36,008 bases of DNA from Candidatus Neomicrothrix sp. UBA2110 (GTDB taxonomy: Bacteria > Actinomycetota > Acidimicrobiia > Acidimicrobiales > Poriferisodalaceae), in contig DCYM01000042.1 of NCBI GenBank assembly GCA_002331465.1, positions 1 through 36,008 of the forward strand, in the 5' to 3' direction. The notes beneath the pieces were generated by a model. The model made no database searches. It saw only the letters and a list, made by a program, of their open reading frames with translations, and had not been told where the DNA came from. The position numbers were made by a program, and so were the translations under genes. How positions within the stretch are numbered: position 1 is the first letter of the stretch; each line of letters starts with the position of its first letter. Shown one piece after another: positions 35,914 through 36,008 of the stretch.

Positions 35914-36008
35914 ATGGTCGACGTTGCTGGGTATCACCAGGTCATCAGCACTGAGCAGCGTGAGAGTTACGAACGTGATGGCTATTTACAGCTTCCCGGG
36001 TTCGTTGA
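35914..36008 (+). CDS. Partial ORF (5' end only), possibly a PhyH-family Fe(II)/2OG dioxygenase
   Basis: MVDVAGYHQVISTEQRESYERDGYLQLPGFV... runs off the window end. The pattern (T.EQ...Y.RDGYL.LPGF) resembles phytanoyl-CoA dioxygenase-family N-termini. Only 31 codons are visible. Confidence 0.3.
   Translation, partial: MVDVAGYHQVISTEQRESYERDGYLQLPGFV

Noticed and set aside
1-36008. Mobile elements, CRISPR arrays, tRNA/rRNA genes, prophage or integron signatures
   Set aside because: By eye I found no transposase or integrase ORFs, no regularly spaced direct repeats, no T-loop (GTTCRANYC) containing tRNA-like segments in the intergenic regions inspected, and no obvious compositional break.

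Overview
Moderately GC-rich, gene-dense bacterial chromosomal window with no rRNA, tRNA, CRISPR, IS or phage genes that I could recognise. The origin is probably Actinomycetota; this is an inference from the HelZ-type SNF2 helicase and many GTG/TTG starts with 4-nt overlaps. The core (about 6.7-29.6 kb) is a one-carbon / quaternary-amine catabolic island. It starts with a tightly coupled six-gene corrinoid methyltransferase operon: corrinoid protein, DUF1638, a small 'virulence-factor-like' protein, methyl-THF:corrinoid methyltransferase, a RACo-type reductive activator, and a non-pyrrolysine MttB-family methyltransferase. The island also holds choline dehydrogenase BetA, two transporters (DMT/EamA and MFS), a three-gene NAD-type formate dehydrogenase operon, an IclR regulator, EtfAB, a dimethylglycine/sarcosine dehydrogenase, formate-THF ligase and a MetF-like reductase. 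The main hidden signal is in the formate dehydrogenase. The ORF track breaks its catalytic subunit at an in-frame TGA that sits in the canonical selenocysteine active-site context. An fdhF-like SECIS hairpin follows at the expected spacing. The alpha subunit also appears split and reordered at operon level: the MopB catalytic module comes first, then a NuoE/F fusion, then an Fe-S module that carries the FS0 [4Fe-4S] domain. Flanking genes are a DsbA-like protein, a HelZ-like SNF2 helicase with a translationally coupled small charged protein, proS, a SerA-like dehydrogenase, a DAG-kinase-family lipid kinase, a CaiB-family CoA-transferase, an FAH-family hydrolase, a PyrC-like dihydroorotase and a partial PhyH-like ORF. 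All functional calls rest on motif recognition from the translated ORFs; no database search was possible.
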